Shown here one piece after another: positions 9,407 to 17,707 of a stretch of DNA of 64,000 nucleotides. Both the position numbers and the translations under genes were made by a program. Each line of letters opens with the position of its first letter. Position 1 is the stretch's first letter. The notes below the pieces were generated by a model that saw only the letters and a list, made by a program, of their open reading frames with translations, searched no databases and was not told the DNA's origin. Source of the DNA: Escherichia coli (GTDB lineage Bacteria > Pseudomonadota > Gammaproteobacteria > Enterobacterales > Enterobacteriaceae); assembly GCF_013315695.1 (NCBI RefSeq), contig NZ_CP054353.1; one strand, 5' to 3'.

Positions 9407-10347
9407 GCAAAGAACTGTTATCCGGCACGCCGCTTAAATGGGTGGGCGGAAAAAGTCGCATCATGAACACACTGAAGGCGCATCTGCCAGAAGCAGACTG
9501 CCTGGTTGAGCCGTTTGTGGGTGGCGCATCGGTATTCATGAACACCAGTTACAAGCGTTACATCCTGGGTGATTCCAATGGTGCGCTGATTAATTTCTAC
9601 CGGCAAGCCAGGGACAACACCGACAGCCTGATCGACGAGGCGAAAACCCTGTTCCTGAACCACAACAACAGGGGTGACTATCTCATCATTCGCGAAACCT
9701 TTAACGCAGAGAATCATGCCTTCCTGAACAGCAGAACGGGAATAAGCGACCGCCGTGAACTGCGACTGGCCGCCATGTTTTTGTACCTGAACCGACACAG
9801 CTTTAACGGTTTGTTCCGCGTGAACGGAAAAGGCGATTTTAACGTGCCTTTCGGCTGCTACCGCAAGCCCTACTTCCCTGAGCGTGAAATCCGCGCATTT
9901 GCAGACAAGGCAAACAGCACCCGAACGCTGCTTATCCACGCAGATTTTAAGGATACGCTGAACTCTGCCAGTCACCTGTTCGGCATGGGCAACACGCTTT
10001 GCGTGTACTGCGATCCCCCTTACCTGCAATTCAGTGGCCGGGACAATTTTACCGCCTACGGAAAACCATTCGATGAAGACGAGCACGTTCGTCTGAGGGC
10101 AGCGCTCGACCGCCTTTCACAGGAAACGGGCGGCATGACCAGCATCACCATCTCCAATTCCGACACACCGGAAACACGACGCATTTATCGGGGTTACCGG
10201 ATGAACTGCATACAGGCACCACGAAGCGTTGGCGCAAGAACCCGGGAATCAGCACCGGAGGTTATCGCCACCCTGAGATGCATCACATCCGCCTTATCAA
10301 CGGTTCGCACTTCTGCGCCACGAACATGGAAGAAGTACGCGTGCTGA
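9403..10347 (+). CDS. Dam-family N6-adenine DNA methyltransferase
   Basis: 314 aa with the N-terminal LKWVGGK...EPFVGGASV (SAM-binding) motif and the DPPY catalytic motif. Confidence 0.9.
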   Translation: MSKELLSGTPLKWVGGKSRIMNTLKAHLPEADCLVEPFVGGASVFMNTSYKRYILGDSNGALINFYRQARDNTDSLIDEAKTLFLNHNNRGDYLIIRETFNAENHAFLNSRTGISDRRELRLAAMFLYLNRHSFNGLFRVNGKGDFNVPFGCYRKPYFPEREIRAFADKANSTRTLLIHADFKDTLNSASHLFGMGNTLCVYCDPPYLQFSGRDNFTAYGKPFDEDEHVRLRAALDRLSQETGGMTSITISNSDTPETRRIYRGYRMNCIQAPRSVGARTRESAPEVIATLRCITSALSTVRTSAPRTWKKYAC

Positions 10348-10375
10348 CAGCAACACGCAATACGGGAGGTAAAGC

Positions 10376-10726
10376 ATGGCAGTGATTTATATCGCCGGTC
10401 CCATGACCGGATGCAAAGACCACAACAGGACGGCATTTTGCGTGGAGGACCTGAAACTTCGGTGCGCCGGAAACATCGTTCTTAATCCTGCCGTACTGCC
10501 TGACGGATTAAGCCAGCAGCAGTACATGAGTATTTGTATTCCGATGCTCATGTGCGCCGATGCCATTTACTTACTGGATGGATGGGAAGAGTCCGCTGGC
10601 GCACGGGCTGAGTACGCAATGGCGCTCAAACTGAACATGCATGTGTCATTCCCGGAAAACCGGGCAGCCGGCGAAACCGTCGCGCAGCTGCTTCACAAAT
10701 CAAAAGCCGCACAGGCGACTGAGTAA
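10376..10726 (+). CDS. DUF4406-like (nucleoside 2-deoxyribosyltransferase-fold) protein
   Basis: MAVIYIAGPMTG...DAIYLLDGWEESAGARAEYAMA pattern is typical of this phage family. Confidence 0.6.
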   Translation: MAVIYIAGPMTGCKDHNRTAFCVEDLKLRCAGNIVLNPAVLPDGLSQQQYMSICIPMLMCADAIYLLDGWEESAGARAEYAMALKLNMHVSFPENRAAGETVAQLLHKSKAAQATE

Positions 10727-11164
10727 CCGACCGGAGATCGAAACATGATTGCGCGCAGAGCTACCAACCGTCTCACAGGCTTTATTCCAGGCAAGGTTGA
10801 TCATGCACTCCATCACGGGGCTGTCACTTTCCTCAACAAAGGAGAGGCGCGCAATCATGCATTCCGGGGTGAGCATGTGGCGCTGGCTAATCAGTCTTTG
10901 ATAGCTAAGCGCCTGCCATTCAGCCTTTTCAGCTCTGATAGAAAGAGAGGAAGCCATGACCTGCCACACCAGAAAGAGCACCACACTGGCGAAAACAAAC
11001 GTTGCGCTGTCGCAAAAAATGAATGCGGCAACAATCGCAAGGAAAGCGCTAATCCTCAGAACCAAGGAAGCGCGACGGTGGAGAAGGCTTGTCATGTGTT
11101 CAAGCCAGTAGCTGTACCACAGGTCAAAAAGAATTTCGTAATCAGAAGGGAGCTTATCACTCAT
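10700..11164 (-). CDS. Reverse-oriented 2-TM membrane protein (154 aa)
   Basis: ATG (MSDKLPSDYEIL...) with a ggggtg SD. Hydrophobic helices ISAFLAIVAAFIF and FVFASVVLFLVWQVMA. Convergent, with a 27-nt overlap on the preceding gene. Confidence 0.55.
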   Translation of the reverse strand: MSDKLPSDYEILFDLWYSYWLEHMTSLLHRRASLVLRISAFLAIVAAFIFCDSATFVFASVVLFLVWQVMASSLSIRAEKAEWQALSYQRLISQRHMLTPECMIARLSFVEESDSPVMECMINLAWNKACETVGSSARNHVSISGRLLSRLCGF

Positions 11165-11348
11165 CAGAAACACCCCGCGTATGCAGACAATCACCAGTTG
11201 CCAGGTGATATTAATTCGCAACATTCTAACCACATCAGCACGCAACACAAAAACCGCTTGCCAGCGCTCGTCGTGTCAGGTTACATTTCCGCTGCACCTC
11301 ATAAAACGGGTGCCGGGTTTCGCAGCCTGCTGACAACCAAAGCGCACA

Positions 11349-11368
11349 ACCGCGCCAGCGGTTTTTTT
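11349..11368 (+). terminator. Terminator-like hairpin plus T7 (copy 2 at 12178-12197)
   Basis: accgc-gcca-gcggt followed by ttttttt. It is nested inside a longer cgcacaa/ttgtgcg stem. Confidence 0.3.
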
Positions 11369-11380
11369 GTGCGTACTGTA

Positions 11381-11409
11381 TTGCCACGTCTTTTTCGCGT
11401 CAGAATTAT
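11381..11409 (+). promoter_or_regulatory. Sigma70-like promoter TTGCCA-17-AATTAT (copy 2 at 12210-12238)
   Basis: 5/6 match at -35, 17-nt spacer, 4/6 match at -10. It fires into the structured element. Confidence 0.35.
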
Positions 11410-11485
11410 GGCGGGGCGTACGGGGCCGACTTCGGTCGGGCCGGGTTCTTTGCTAGCCGGTACTGCGAACCTCGTACGTCTCGCC
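11410..11485 (+). ncRNA. Candidate structured RNA element (three-way junction), copy 1
   Basis: A 13-bp closing stem ggcggggcgtacg/cgtacgtctcgcc (2 G-U pairs) encloses a UUCG-tetraloop hairpin (ggccgac-ttcg-gtcgggcc) and a second hairpin (gggttc...gaacct). No convincing ORF. Confidence 0.3.
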
Positions 11486-11547
11486 ACCCACAGTTTCGCA
11501 GCTCTGGATGGTGAGTTTTCACAACTTACTAGCAAAGAGGCCACACC

Positions 11548-11769
11548 ATGGCAAACCGCAAGCAACAGCGCGCCCGCGCTGAGCGTCTTCACATCCGCAG
11601 CGAAATCAACCGCAGACTTTTCCGCGCAACACGCGTCGCGCAAATCATGCATATCAACATGCTGCATGAGCGCACGCACGCACTATCAAACCGTTACTGC
11701 GCTGCTGTCTTCAGCTATCTCGCCGAAGATCTGGCAGAACTGCAAAGCCTCATCAACCAGCACCGATAA
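11548..11769 (+). CDS. Hypothetical basic helical protein (73 aa), copy 1
   Basis: MANRKQQRARAERLHIRSEINRR..., SD agagg. Confidence 0.6.
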   Translation: MANRKQQRARAERLHIRSEINRRLFRATRVAQIMHINMLHERTHALSNRYCAAVFSYLAEDLAELQSLINQHR

Positions 11770-11837
11770 ACCACATCCGGAAGCTATCCCACACCTGCAC
11801 GCGGGAGGCTTCCGCACGTCTGTTACCGGAGGTTCTC

Positions 11838-12008
11838 ATGAAGAGCGTTAAGGGACTTTCAGATATTCAGGACTTCTTTAACTGGATGTGGGCGGTGGAT
11901 CCCCTGCTGGCTTCCCGCCTGAACAACTGGCACGACTATTACCGCCGCGCCTGTAAACAGGCTGCCCGCAGCGTCACCACATACGGGGCTTTCTCCTTCA
12001 CCGTTGAC
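11838..12008 (+). pseudogene. 5' fragment (57 codons) of the 138-aa gene, truncated at the duplication joint
   Basis: Identical to the start of 12667..13083 up to ...TTYG(A/D)FSFTV, then it runs into the repeated non-coding sequence. Confidence 0.7.
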
Positions 12009-12238
12009 TATGCAGACAATCACCAGTTGCCAGGTGATATTAATTCGCAACATTCTAACCACATCAGCACGCAACACAAAAACCGCTTGCCAGCGCTCGT
12101 CGTGTCGGGTTACATTTCCGCTGCACCTCATAAAACGGGTGCCGGGTTTCGCAGCCTGCCGACTAGCAAAGCGCACAACCGCGCCAGCGGTTTTTTTGTG
12201 CGTACTGTATTGCCACGTCTTTTTCGCGTCAGAATTAT

Positions 12239-12314
12239 GGCGGGGCGTACGGGGCCGACTTCGGTCGGGCCGGGTTCTTTGCTAGCCGGTACTGCGAACC
12301 TCGTACGTCTCGCC
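12239..12314 (+). ncRNA. Candidate structured RNA element, copy 2
   Basis: Identical to 11410-11485 (offset 829). Confidence 0.3.
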
Positions 12315-12376
12315 ACCCACAGTTTCGCAGCTCTGGATGGTGAGTTTTCACAACTTACTAGCAAAGAGGCCACACC

Positions 12377-12598
12377 ATGGCAAACCGCAAGCAACAGCGC
12401 GCCCGCGCTGAGCGTCTTCACATCCGCAGCGAAATCAACCGCAGACTTTTCCGCGCAACACGCGTCGCGCAAATCATGCATATCAACATGCTGCATGAGC
12501 GCACGCACGCACTATCAAACCGTTACTGCGCTGCTGTCTTCAGCTATCTCGCCGAAGATCTGGCAGAACTGCAAAGCCTCATCAACCAGCACCGATAA
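12377..12598 (+). CDS. Hypothetical basic helical protein (73 aa), copy 2
   Basis: Identical to 11548..11769. Confidence 0.6.
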   Translation: MANRKQQRARAERLHIRSEINRRLFRATRVAQIMHINMLHERTHALSNRYCAAVFSYLAEDLAELQSLINQHR

Positions 12599-12666
12599 AC
12601 CACATCCGGAAGCTATCCCACACCTGCACGCGGGAGGCTTCCGCACGTCTGTTACCGGAGGTTCTC

Positions 12667-13083
12667 ATGAAGAGCGTTAAGGGACTTTCAGATATTCAGG
12701 ACTTCTTTAACTGGATGTGGGCGGTGGATCCCCTGCTGGCTTCCCGCCTGAACAACTGGCACGACTATTACCGCCGCGCCTGTAAACAGGCTGCCCGCAG
12801 CGTCACCACATACGGGGATTTCTCCTTCACCGTGGACGGTCGTTACCGCGTGGACGTGAAAGGTGATGGTGATGGACTGGGTTTATTTCACATCAACGGC
12901 ACCGACAGTACCGCCATCAGCTGGTCGTCATCAGAGATGGCGCTGGTTCTGGAAATGACAACCCACAGCGTGGCCGTGAAAGGTATATACACCGCAGAAG
13001 GTTTTATCGGCGAATACCAGCGCCTTCTCGTGCTGTACCGCGCGGCGTTTCAGGTGGCAACTGCCGGGGAGTGCGACGCATGA
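12667..13083 (+). CDS. Hypothetical early protein (138 aa), intact copy
   Basis: SD ggaggt. The stop overlaps the gpA start (ATGA). Confidence 0.65.
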   Translation: MKSVKGLSDIQDFFNWMWAVDPLLASRLNNWHDYYRRACKQAARSVTTYGDFSFTVDGRYRVDVKGDGDGLGLFHINGTDSTAISWSSSEMALVLEMTTHSVAVKGIYTAEGFIGEYQRLLVLYRAAFQVATAGECDA

Positions 13084-15593
13084 GCGACCATAACGCACAA
13101 CTGGCGTACCCGTGGAACGCCCCGCTACCGGTTATCGATCCTGAAACGTTCGGCAGAGCACAGCCAACCGCATTACGCCAGGCCATTCAGAGCTACATCA
13201 ACGAGGACATTCGCATTGATGCCAGACTGGATGAAGAAACCGTCGCCTTTCTGACAACCACAGACGAAGGGAAGCGAATTAATTCGCACCTTCACCACAA
13301 CGAAGAGCGTCGGATCAGACTGGAAAAACTGGCGCGGCACAAACGCGAGAATCCGCCCACGGTGGTATCGGAAGCCATGGCAGAACTTCGCGCCCTGCCC
13401 TCGTTTCTTGGCAACGCGCTCATTCGTGATCTGGCGCGTTTAAACCGCAAACAGCAAAGCGCCCGCCATGAAGGCGTGAAAAACAACAATACACACGTGG
13501 CTGATAACTTTGTTCGCCGTGGACTGCGCACACGCCTGAAACGCATCGAACAGGTGAATGAATGCTTCGCCACGACGGCATTCAAAGCCACCGCAGCACG
13601 CCATCGCCTTGATGAATTACTCATGCTGCCACAACTCAACCGTGATCAAATTCAGCGCCTTGCCACACTAACGGCGGCGGCATTTTCCACCGAACTGGAA
13701 CGCATATGTGATGAAGTTACTGAGCGGACAGGAAAAGGCGACGATAACCTGTTTACCTGGTTGCTGACTTACCAGCAGCTGGCGCGCATGGCAATAAAAC
13801 TGGGCGTGAACCCACCATACTGGCCGTCACTCGAGATCAGACGTGACCGCCGCACGGCACCAGACCCTGAACTGGTACCGGGCGCGGTAATGCGTATCAC
13901 CTGCGCCACCTGGTGGAACAACCAGCTGCGCCACCTCGCTGATCTCTGGCGGGAGGAATTACTGCGTGCCGCCGGAAGAGTATCGCGCAAGGCATCCCCC
14001 TACATCAGCCATGAGTCACTCCAGGAATTCCGGGAGAAACGCCAGCGCACCCGTGATTTTCTCAAAAGCTGGGACATTGAAAACGAAGACGGTGAACGCC
14101 TGAGCCTGGAGGACGTGTACTGGTCAGGGCTGGGGAATCCGCGCAACCGCCGCAACGAGATGATGGCCTGCGTCAGAGGGATGGAACAGGTCGCCGAATC
14201 GCGTGGTGACTCCGCGTTCTTCGTGACAGTGACCTGCCCTTCCCGCTTTCACAGCGTAAACGAGGACGGCAGCCTGAACCCGAAATACAACGGTGCCACC
14301 GTGCGCGATGCCAGTGATTATCTGGTTTACGACGTCTTTGCAGCTGCAAGAAAAAAACTCAACAAAGAAGGCCTGAGCTGGTACGGGGTGCGCACCGTTG
14401 AGCCACACCATGACGGCACACCGCACTGGCACATGCTGGTATTCACCGCCCCGGACAATGAAGAACGCATCATTGAAATCATGCGTGACGCAGCAATCAA
14501 ATCAGATCGCGCAGAACTGGGGAATGATATTTCTCCGCGCTTCAAGTGCGAAAAAATCGACCCGGCAAAAGGCACACCGGCAAGCTACATCGCAACCTAT
14601 ATTGGCAAGAACCTGGACGCCAGCACCTTTCACGACAATGACCCGAAAACCGGCAAACCTTACGCCGATAAAGAATCGGGAAAAACCATGGCGGAAACCG
14701 TGGAAAACGCCATTGCCTGGGCGAGTCTCCACCGCATCCGGCAGTTCCAGTTCTTCGGTATCCCGCCCCGCCAGGTATGGCGTGAACTCCGCCGCCTTGC
14801 CGGACAAATGGAGCGTAACCCCGCATCACCGAAGCGCCTGGACCATGACGACATTGACGCCATTCTGGCCGCCGCTGACGTGGGGTGTTTTGCCACCTAC
14901 ATCAACCGTCAGGGCGGCGTGCTCATTCCACGCAACCTGTACCTGATCCGCACCGCATACGAAACCGCAGATGAGGCCAACGACTACGGCGAATTCCCGC
15001 AGCGCATCTACGGAATTTGTGCCCCGTCGCTCGGCGAGCGCTACACCATCTGCACCCATCCGGACGAGTGGAAACTGGTCAGAAAAGAAGCGAAAGCCGA
15101 CAACAGCACGGACGAGGATTTTGACGTTGGGGGCGGCTTCGCCGCACCTTGGACTCGTGGCAATAACTGTCGCCATGATGAAAAAACAGACACCGAAGAG
15201 GGTAAAAACCCACCACCGGAAACCAGGAAAGAACAAAAACTGGTCGTCCCGGAAGGTGATTTGGGCGAGTGGTTAAGGTCACTGACCCCCACAGAGCGAA
15301 AACAACTCACCAGGCAGCTGAAAGATGCGCCATCTGACACAAAAACCGTGAAAACCGGCGGCCCCACCACGCCCGATGACGTCATACATGTGCGTACCGC
15401 ATTGCCGCTGGCTGACGTCACCACCACCGTGATCAAGTCGGCACTGAGCACGACGGGCGAGGAGCTGCACAGTGGCGCGGCACTTTCCGTACACAGAGGT
15501 GCACGCGTTCGCCTGCCTGACGGGCGGATTGTGCACTGGGATGAGAAATCACGAAGCCTGGTGGCAGCAGATCAACCGGAGGTGAACCCATGA
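13080..15593 (+). CDS. gpA: Rolling-circle replication initiator endonuclease, P2 gpA family
   Basis: Motifs AYPWNAP, VEPHHDGTPHWHMLVF (HUH) and YIATYIGKN (catalytic Tyr pair) as in P2 A. Start MSDHNAQ is coupled to the upstream stop. Confidence 0.93.
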   Translation: MSDHNAQLAYPWNAPLPVIDPETFGRAQPTALRQAIQSYINEDIRIDARLDEETVAFLTTTDEGKRINSHLHHNEERRIRLEKLARHKRENPPTVVSEAMAELRALPSFLGNALIRDLARLNRKQQSARHEGVKNNNTHVADNFVRRGLRTRLKRIEQVNECFATTAFKATAARHRLDELLMLPQLNRDQIQRLATLTAAAFSTELERICDEVTERTGKGDDNLFTWLLTYQQLARMAIKLGVNPPYWPSLEIRRDRRTAPDPELVPGAVMRITCATWWNNQLRHLADLWREELLRAAGRVSRKASPYISHESLQEFREKRQRTRDFLKSWDIENEDGERLSLEDVYWSGLGNPRNRRNEMMACVRGMEQVAESRGDSAFFVTVTCPSRFHSVNEDGSLNPKYNGATVRDASDYLVYDVFAAARKKLNKEGLSWYGVRTVEPHHDGTPHWHMLVFTAPDNEERIIEIMRDAAIKSDRAELGNDISPRFKCEKIDPAKGTPASYIATYIGKNLDASTFHDNDPKTGKPYADKESGKTMAETVENAIAWASLHRIRQFQFFGIPPRQVWRELRRLAGQMERNPASPKRLDHDDIDAILAAADVGCFATYINRQGGVLIPRNLYLIRTAYETADEANDYGEFPQRIYGICAPSLGERYTICTHPDEWKLVRKEAKADNSTDEDFDVGGGFAAPWTRGNNCRHDEKTDTEEGKNPPPETRKEQKLVVPEGDLGEWLRSLTPTERKQLTRQLKDAPSDTKTVKTGGPTTPDDVIHVRTALPLADVTTTVIKSALSTTGEELHSGAALSVHRGARVRLPDGRIVHWDEKSRSLVAADQPEVNP

Positions 15594-15994
15594 CACGATT
15601 CCATTGCGTACTCCAGCGCCATGATTTCAGCACCATCATGAGTGGACGCATTCCGGCACTGACGCTGAGCGGCGTCAGTGTTCGGCCACAGCCAGGCGAC
15701 GAACTGGAGATCACGATCGCAAACCCCGATCGCAGCACAGATACCGTCATGACCGACATCCTGACTGCAAGAATCAACGCCGACAGAAGCGCATTCATCG
15801 TTGCCGTGCGTCCTCGTCGCGCCATATCAGAGCCTGAACCACTGACCCCCGTCGGAAAAATCATGCAGGCATACCACGAAAAACAGACCAGAAAACTCAA
15901 TGAAGAGCTGGCAAGAACGTTGGCCGTCGTTAACCGAAAAGCGGCAATTGCCCGCTATGTGCATTCAGCCGCCAACAGGCAATCACGCAGGTAA
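15590..15994 (+). CDS. Hypothetical protein (134 aa)
   Basis: ATGA overlap with the gpA stop. Confidence 0.6.
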   Translation: MTRFHCVLQRHDFSTIMSGRIPALTLSGVSVRPQPGDELEITIANPDRSTDTVMTDILTARINADRSAFIVAVRPRRAISEPEPLTPVGKIMQAYHEKQTRKLNEELARTLAVVNRKAAIARYVHSAANRQSRR

Positions 15995-16003
15995 CAAAAG
16001 ACC

Positions 16004-16213
16004 ATGAACATGACCAAAAACACCAAACTGAAGGAGCACACCATGAACGACATCAGGAAGATCAGCGACAAAGACCTGAAGAAAATGATTGAGTCGGCGC
16101 AGCAGCTGCTCTCACGACGAAATCCGGTTGTGGAAGAAACATGGTGGGAAAATTTACTGGCAGCGCTGACCGAACTCCGCGAACGCCGGAACAACGAAGG
16201 AGCTGCCAAATGA
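16004..16213 (+). CDS. Hypothetical protein (69 aa)
   Basis: Compact ORF in the operon. The exact start (M1, M3 or M14) is uncertain. Confidence 0.5.
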   Translation: MNMTKNTKLKEHTMNDIRKISDKDLKKMIESAQQLLSRRNPVVEETWWENLLAALTELRERRNNEGAAK

Positions 16214-16548
16214 AGACACCCAGAATGACCGGAAAGGAAATCATTTTACGCTACCTGAAAACGCACGCACGCTTCAGCGCACCAGAGCTGGTTGAAAAAC
16301 TGGGCGTGAAAAGGACCGTCATTAATCAGGCTGCCGGAAAGATGGTGCGCGAAGGGCTGCTGGTTGTGGATGGGTACACGGACAAGATAACGCATTACCG
16401 GAAGCCAACGAAAAAGGAGCTGCGGGAGCTGAAACGACGGGCAGAATGGCAACAGGAGCCGTCAGTAATTGAAGCCTGCAAGCGCAGCGAAATCATGAAG
16501 AGAATTCTGTTTATCTACGGCGCTGGCGAAGAGCTGCCCGTCATCTGA
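16210..16548 (+). CDS. Winged-helix DNA-binding protein (112 aa)
   Basis: MKTPRMTGKEIILRYLKTHARFSAPELVEKLGVKRTVINQAAGKMVREGLL is wHTH-like. ATGA overlap with the upstream gene. Confidence 0.55.
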   Translation: MKTPRMTGKEIILRYLKTHARFSAPELVEKLGVKRTVINQAAGKMVREGLLVVDGYTDKITHYRKPTKKELRELKRRAEWQQEPSVIEACKRSEIMKRILFIYGAGEELPVI

Positions 16549-16580
16549 ACCCAACAATAAAACCAACACGGGAGACAAAT

Positions 16581-16898
16581 ATGCCAACACAGGTTGCAAC
16601 AGAGGGACGACTGGCAGCAGACCCGAACACAAGGAGAACAGCCAAAGGTACCAGCGTCACAACAGCACAACTGGCGGTATCACTACCCTGCCATGGCGCA
16701 GAACAGCCAACCACAATGTGGCTTTACCTTATCGCGTTCGGGAAGCAACACGAAGAACTGGCAAAACACAGAAAAGGCGATCTGATCCTGGTGCACGGGA
16801 ACTTGCAGGTAAACAGGTATCAGGACAAGTACGAGCAACAGAAAGAGGGCTGGCAGCTGCTGACGCAAAGCATTATCAGCTCAAGAACCGGGCGATGA
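16581..16898 (+). CDS. Short SSB-like OB-fold protein
   Basis: 105 aa. The pattern GRLAADPNTRRTAKGTSVTTAQLAV...WLYLIAFGKQHEELAKHRKGDLILVHGNLQ is typical of ssDNA-binding OB folds. Confidence 0.6.
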   Translation: MPTQVATEGRLAADPNTRRTAKGTSVTTAQLAVSLPCHGAEQPTTMWLYLIAFGKQHEELAKHRKGDLILVHGNLQVNRYQDKYEQQKEGWQLLTQSIISSRTGR

Positions 16899-16908
16899 CT
16901 TCACGCAT

Positions 16909-16934
16909 GTTACCCTCAGCAGCGAGGGTAACAC
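16909..16934 (+). terminator. Early-operon terminator
   Basis: tgttaccctc-agcagc-gagggtaaca followed by a T-rich run. Confidence 0.55.
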
Positions 16935-16947
16935 AGGATTTCTTTTT

Positions 16948-17592
16948 TCAGTCAAACCGAAATCGGCCGCTTGTCGCGTATGCATAGGTGACCACCGCAC
17001 CCAGCGCATTCACACGCTTCTTCACATAAATCACATTACCATCCTGATAGTCACCGTATGGGTAGCAAATAAAGATTGTTTTTTGCAAATCAGGATCATC
17101 AACAAATGCCCCTGAACAACTTTTTGAGCTACCGCGACTGTACTCATAGGGAGCGGAATAGAATGAATCTTCACCCGGAAGAAAATATATCAGCGTAACC
17201 AGGAGGGTAAACAGAATCATCCAGGTAAGAAGGCACATACCCGAAAAAAACTTAAGATACGATGTAACCCCGGTAAATTTAGACCGATCAACCAGGTTCT
17301 TTTTCAACAGGCACAGTGAGACAAAAACCGAAAGCACCACAGACACTGAAACAAGGCAGTTTGTCGTGAACGAATAAAGGTAGGTAATTCTGTAAACATC
17401 GTTTCGCCACCAAATAAAAAGAAAAATCCCCCCCAAAACAGAAAGCGTGACAAAAGTTAAATAAGGATATGAGTAATTTTTCACAGTTCTCACCCGGCAA
17501 TACACCACTGATTCAGACAGATGATTATCATCACCACCCACCCCCAAAAATCGCAAGATAAAAAATGCACAAAAGCGCACGAAATTGCACAA
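16948..17592 (-). CDS. AT-rich cargo gene: 3-TM membrane protein with a ~75-aa soluble C-terminal domain
   Basis: 214-aa ORF. A GTG at 17483 with a ggtga SD is a more likely start. Lies next to cos, the position of old/tin in P2, on the strand opposite the phage operons. Confidence 0.6.
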   Translation of the reverse strand: MCNFVRFCAFFILRFLGVGGDDNHLSESVVYCRVRTVKNYSYPYLTFVTLSVLGGIFLFIWWRNDVYRITYLYSFTTNCLVSVSVVLSVFVSLCLLKKNLVDRSKFTGVTSYLKFFSGMCLLTWMILFTLLVTLIYFLPGEDSFYSAPYEYSRGSSKSCSGAFVDDPDLQKTIFICYPYGDYQDGNVIYVKKRVNALGAVVTYAYATSGRFRFD

Positions 17593-17688
17593 TTTTTCTT
17601 ATGTGTTTCATCCCCATTCAGCCCAGTAACGGCGCTGGCTGAGGCCGGTTTGCACGGTGCACGAAAAACGAGGCAATTGCAGCGCGCA

Positions 17689-17707
17689 GGCGACGAGGGA
17701 AGGGCGC
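17689..17707. other. Putative P2-type cos cohesive-end sequence
   Basis: GGCGACGAGGGAAGGGCGC resembles the 19-nt P2/186 cohesive ends (GGCGAGGCGGGGAAAGCAC, as remembered; 13/19). It lies just upstream of the portal operon, as in P2. Confidence 0.45.

Larger units (their letters stand above)
11180..12837. repeat. Tandem direct duplication, 2 x 829 bp (about 6 mismatches)
   Basis: 11180-12008 matches 12009-12837 base for base. The ORF pairs 11299/12128, 11548/12377 and 11838/12667 are all offset by exactly 829. Confidence 0.95.

Noticed and set aside
9199-9545. ORFs 9199..9387 (+) and 9144..9545 (-) in the exonuclease-methylase gap.
   Set aside because: The alternative 9179..9406 frame has a good SD and exact translational coupling to the methylase gene. 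The others lack start signals or are antisense.
11343-11490. Retron msr/msd or a tRNA-like gene as an explanation for the structured element.
   Set aside because: No reverse transcriptase (no YxDD-containing ORF) occurs anywhere in the window. The fold has only two internal hairpins and a 13-bp closing stem, which is not a cloverleaf. There is no T-loop GTTCGAATC motif and no 3' CCA in the right register.
11299-12508. Duplicated 126-aa minus-strand ORFs (11299..11679 and 12128..12508).
   Set aside because: They are antisense to the 73-aa gene and to the structured element. They are Arg/Ala-rich as expected from a GC-rich antisense frame, and have no SD.
10745-12680. Very long plus-strand ORFs (368 aa at 10745..11851 and 280 aa at 11838..12680) running through the duplication.
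   Set aside because: They are antisense to the membrane gene, then cross the non-coding structured region and the 73-aa gene out of frame. Their composition is Ser/Thr/Ala/His-rich low complexity with no SD. The second one is a fusion created by the duplication joint. Only its first 57 codons belong to a real gene.
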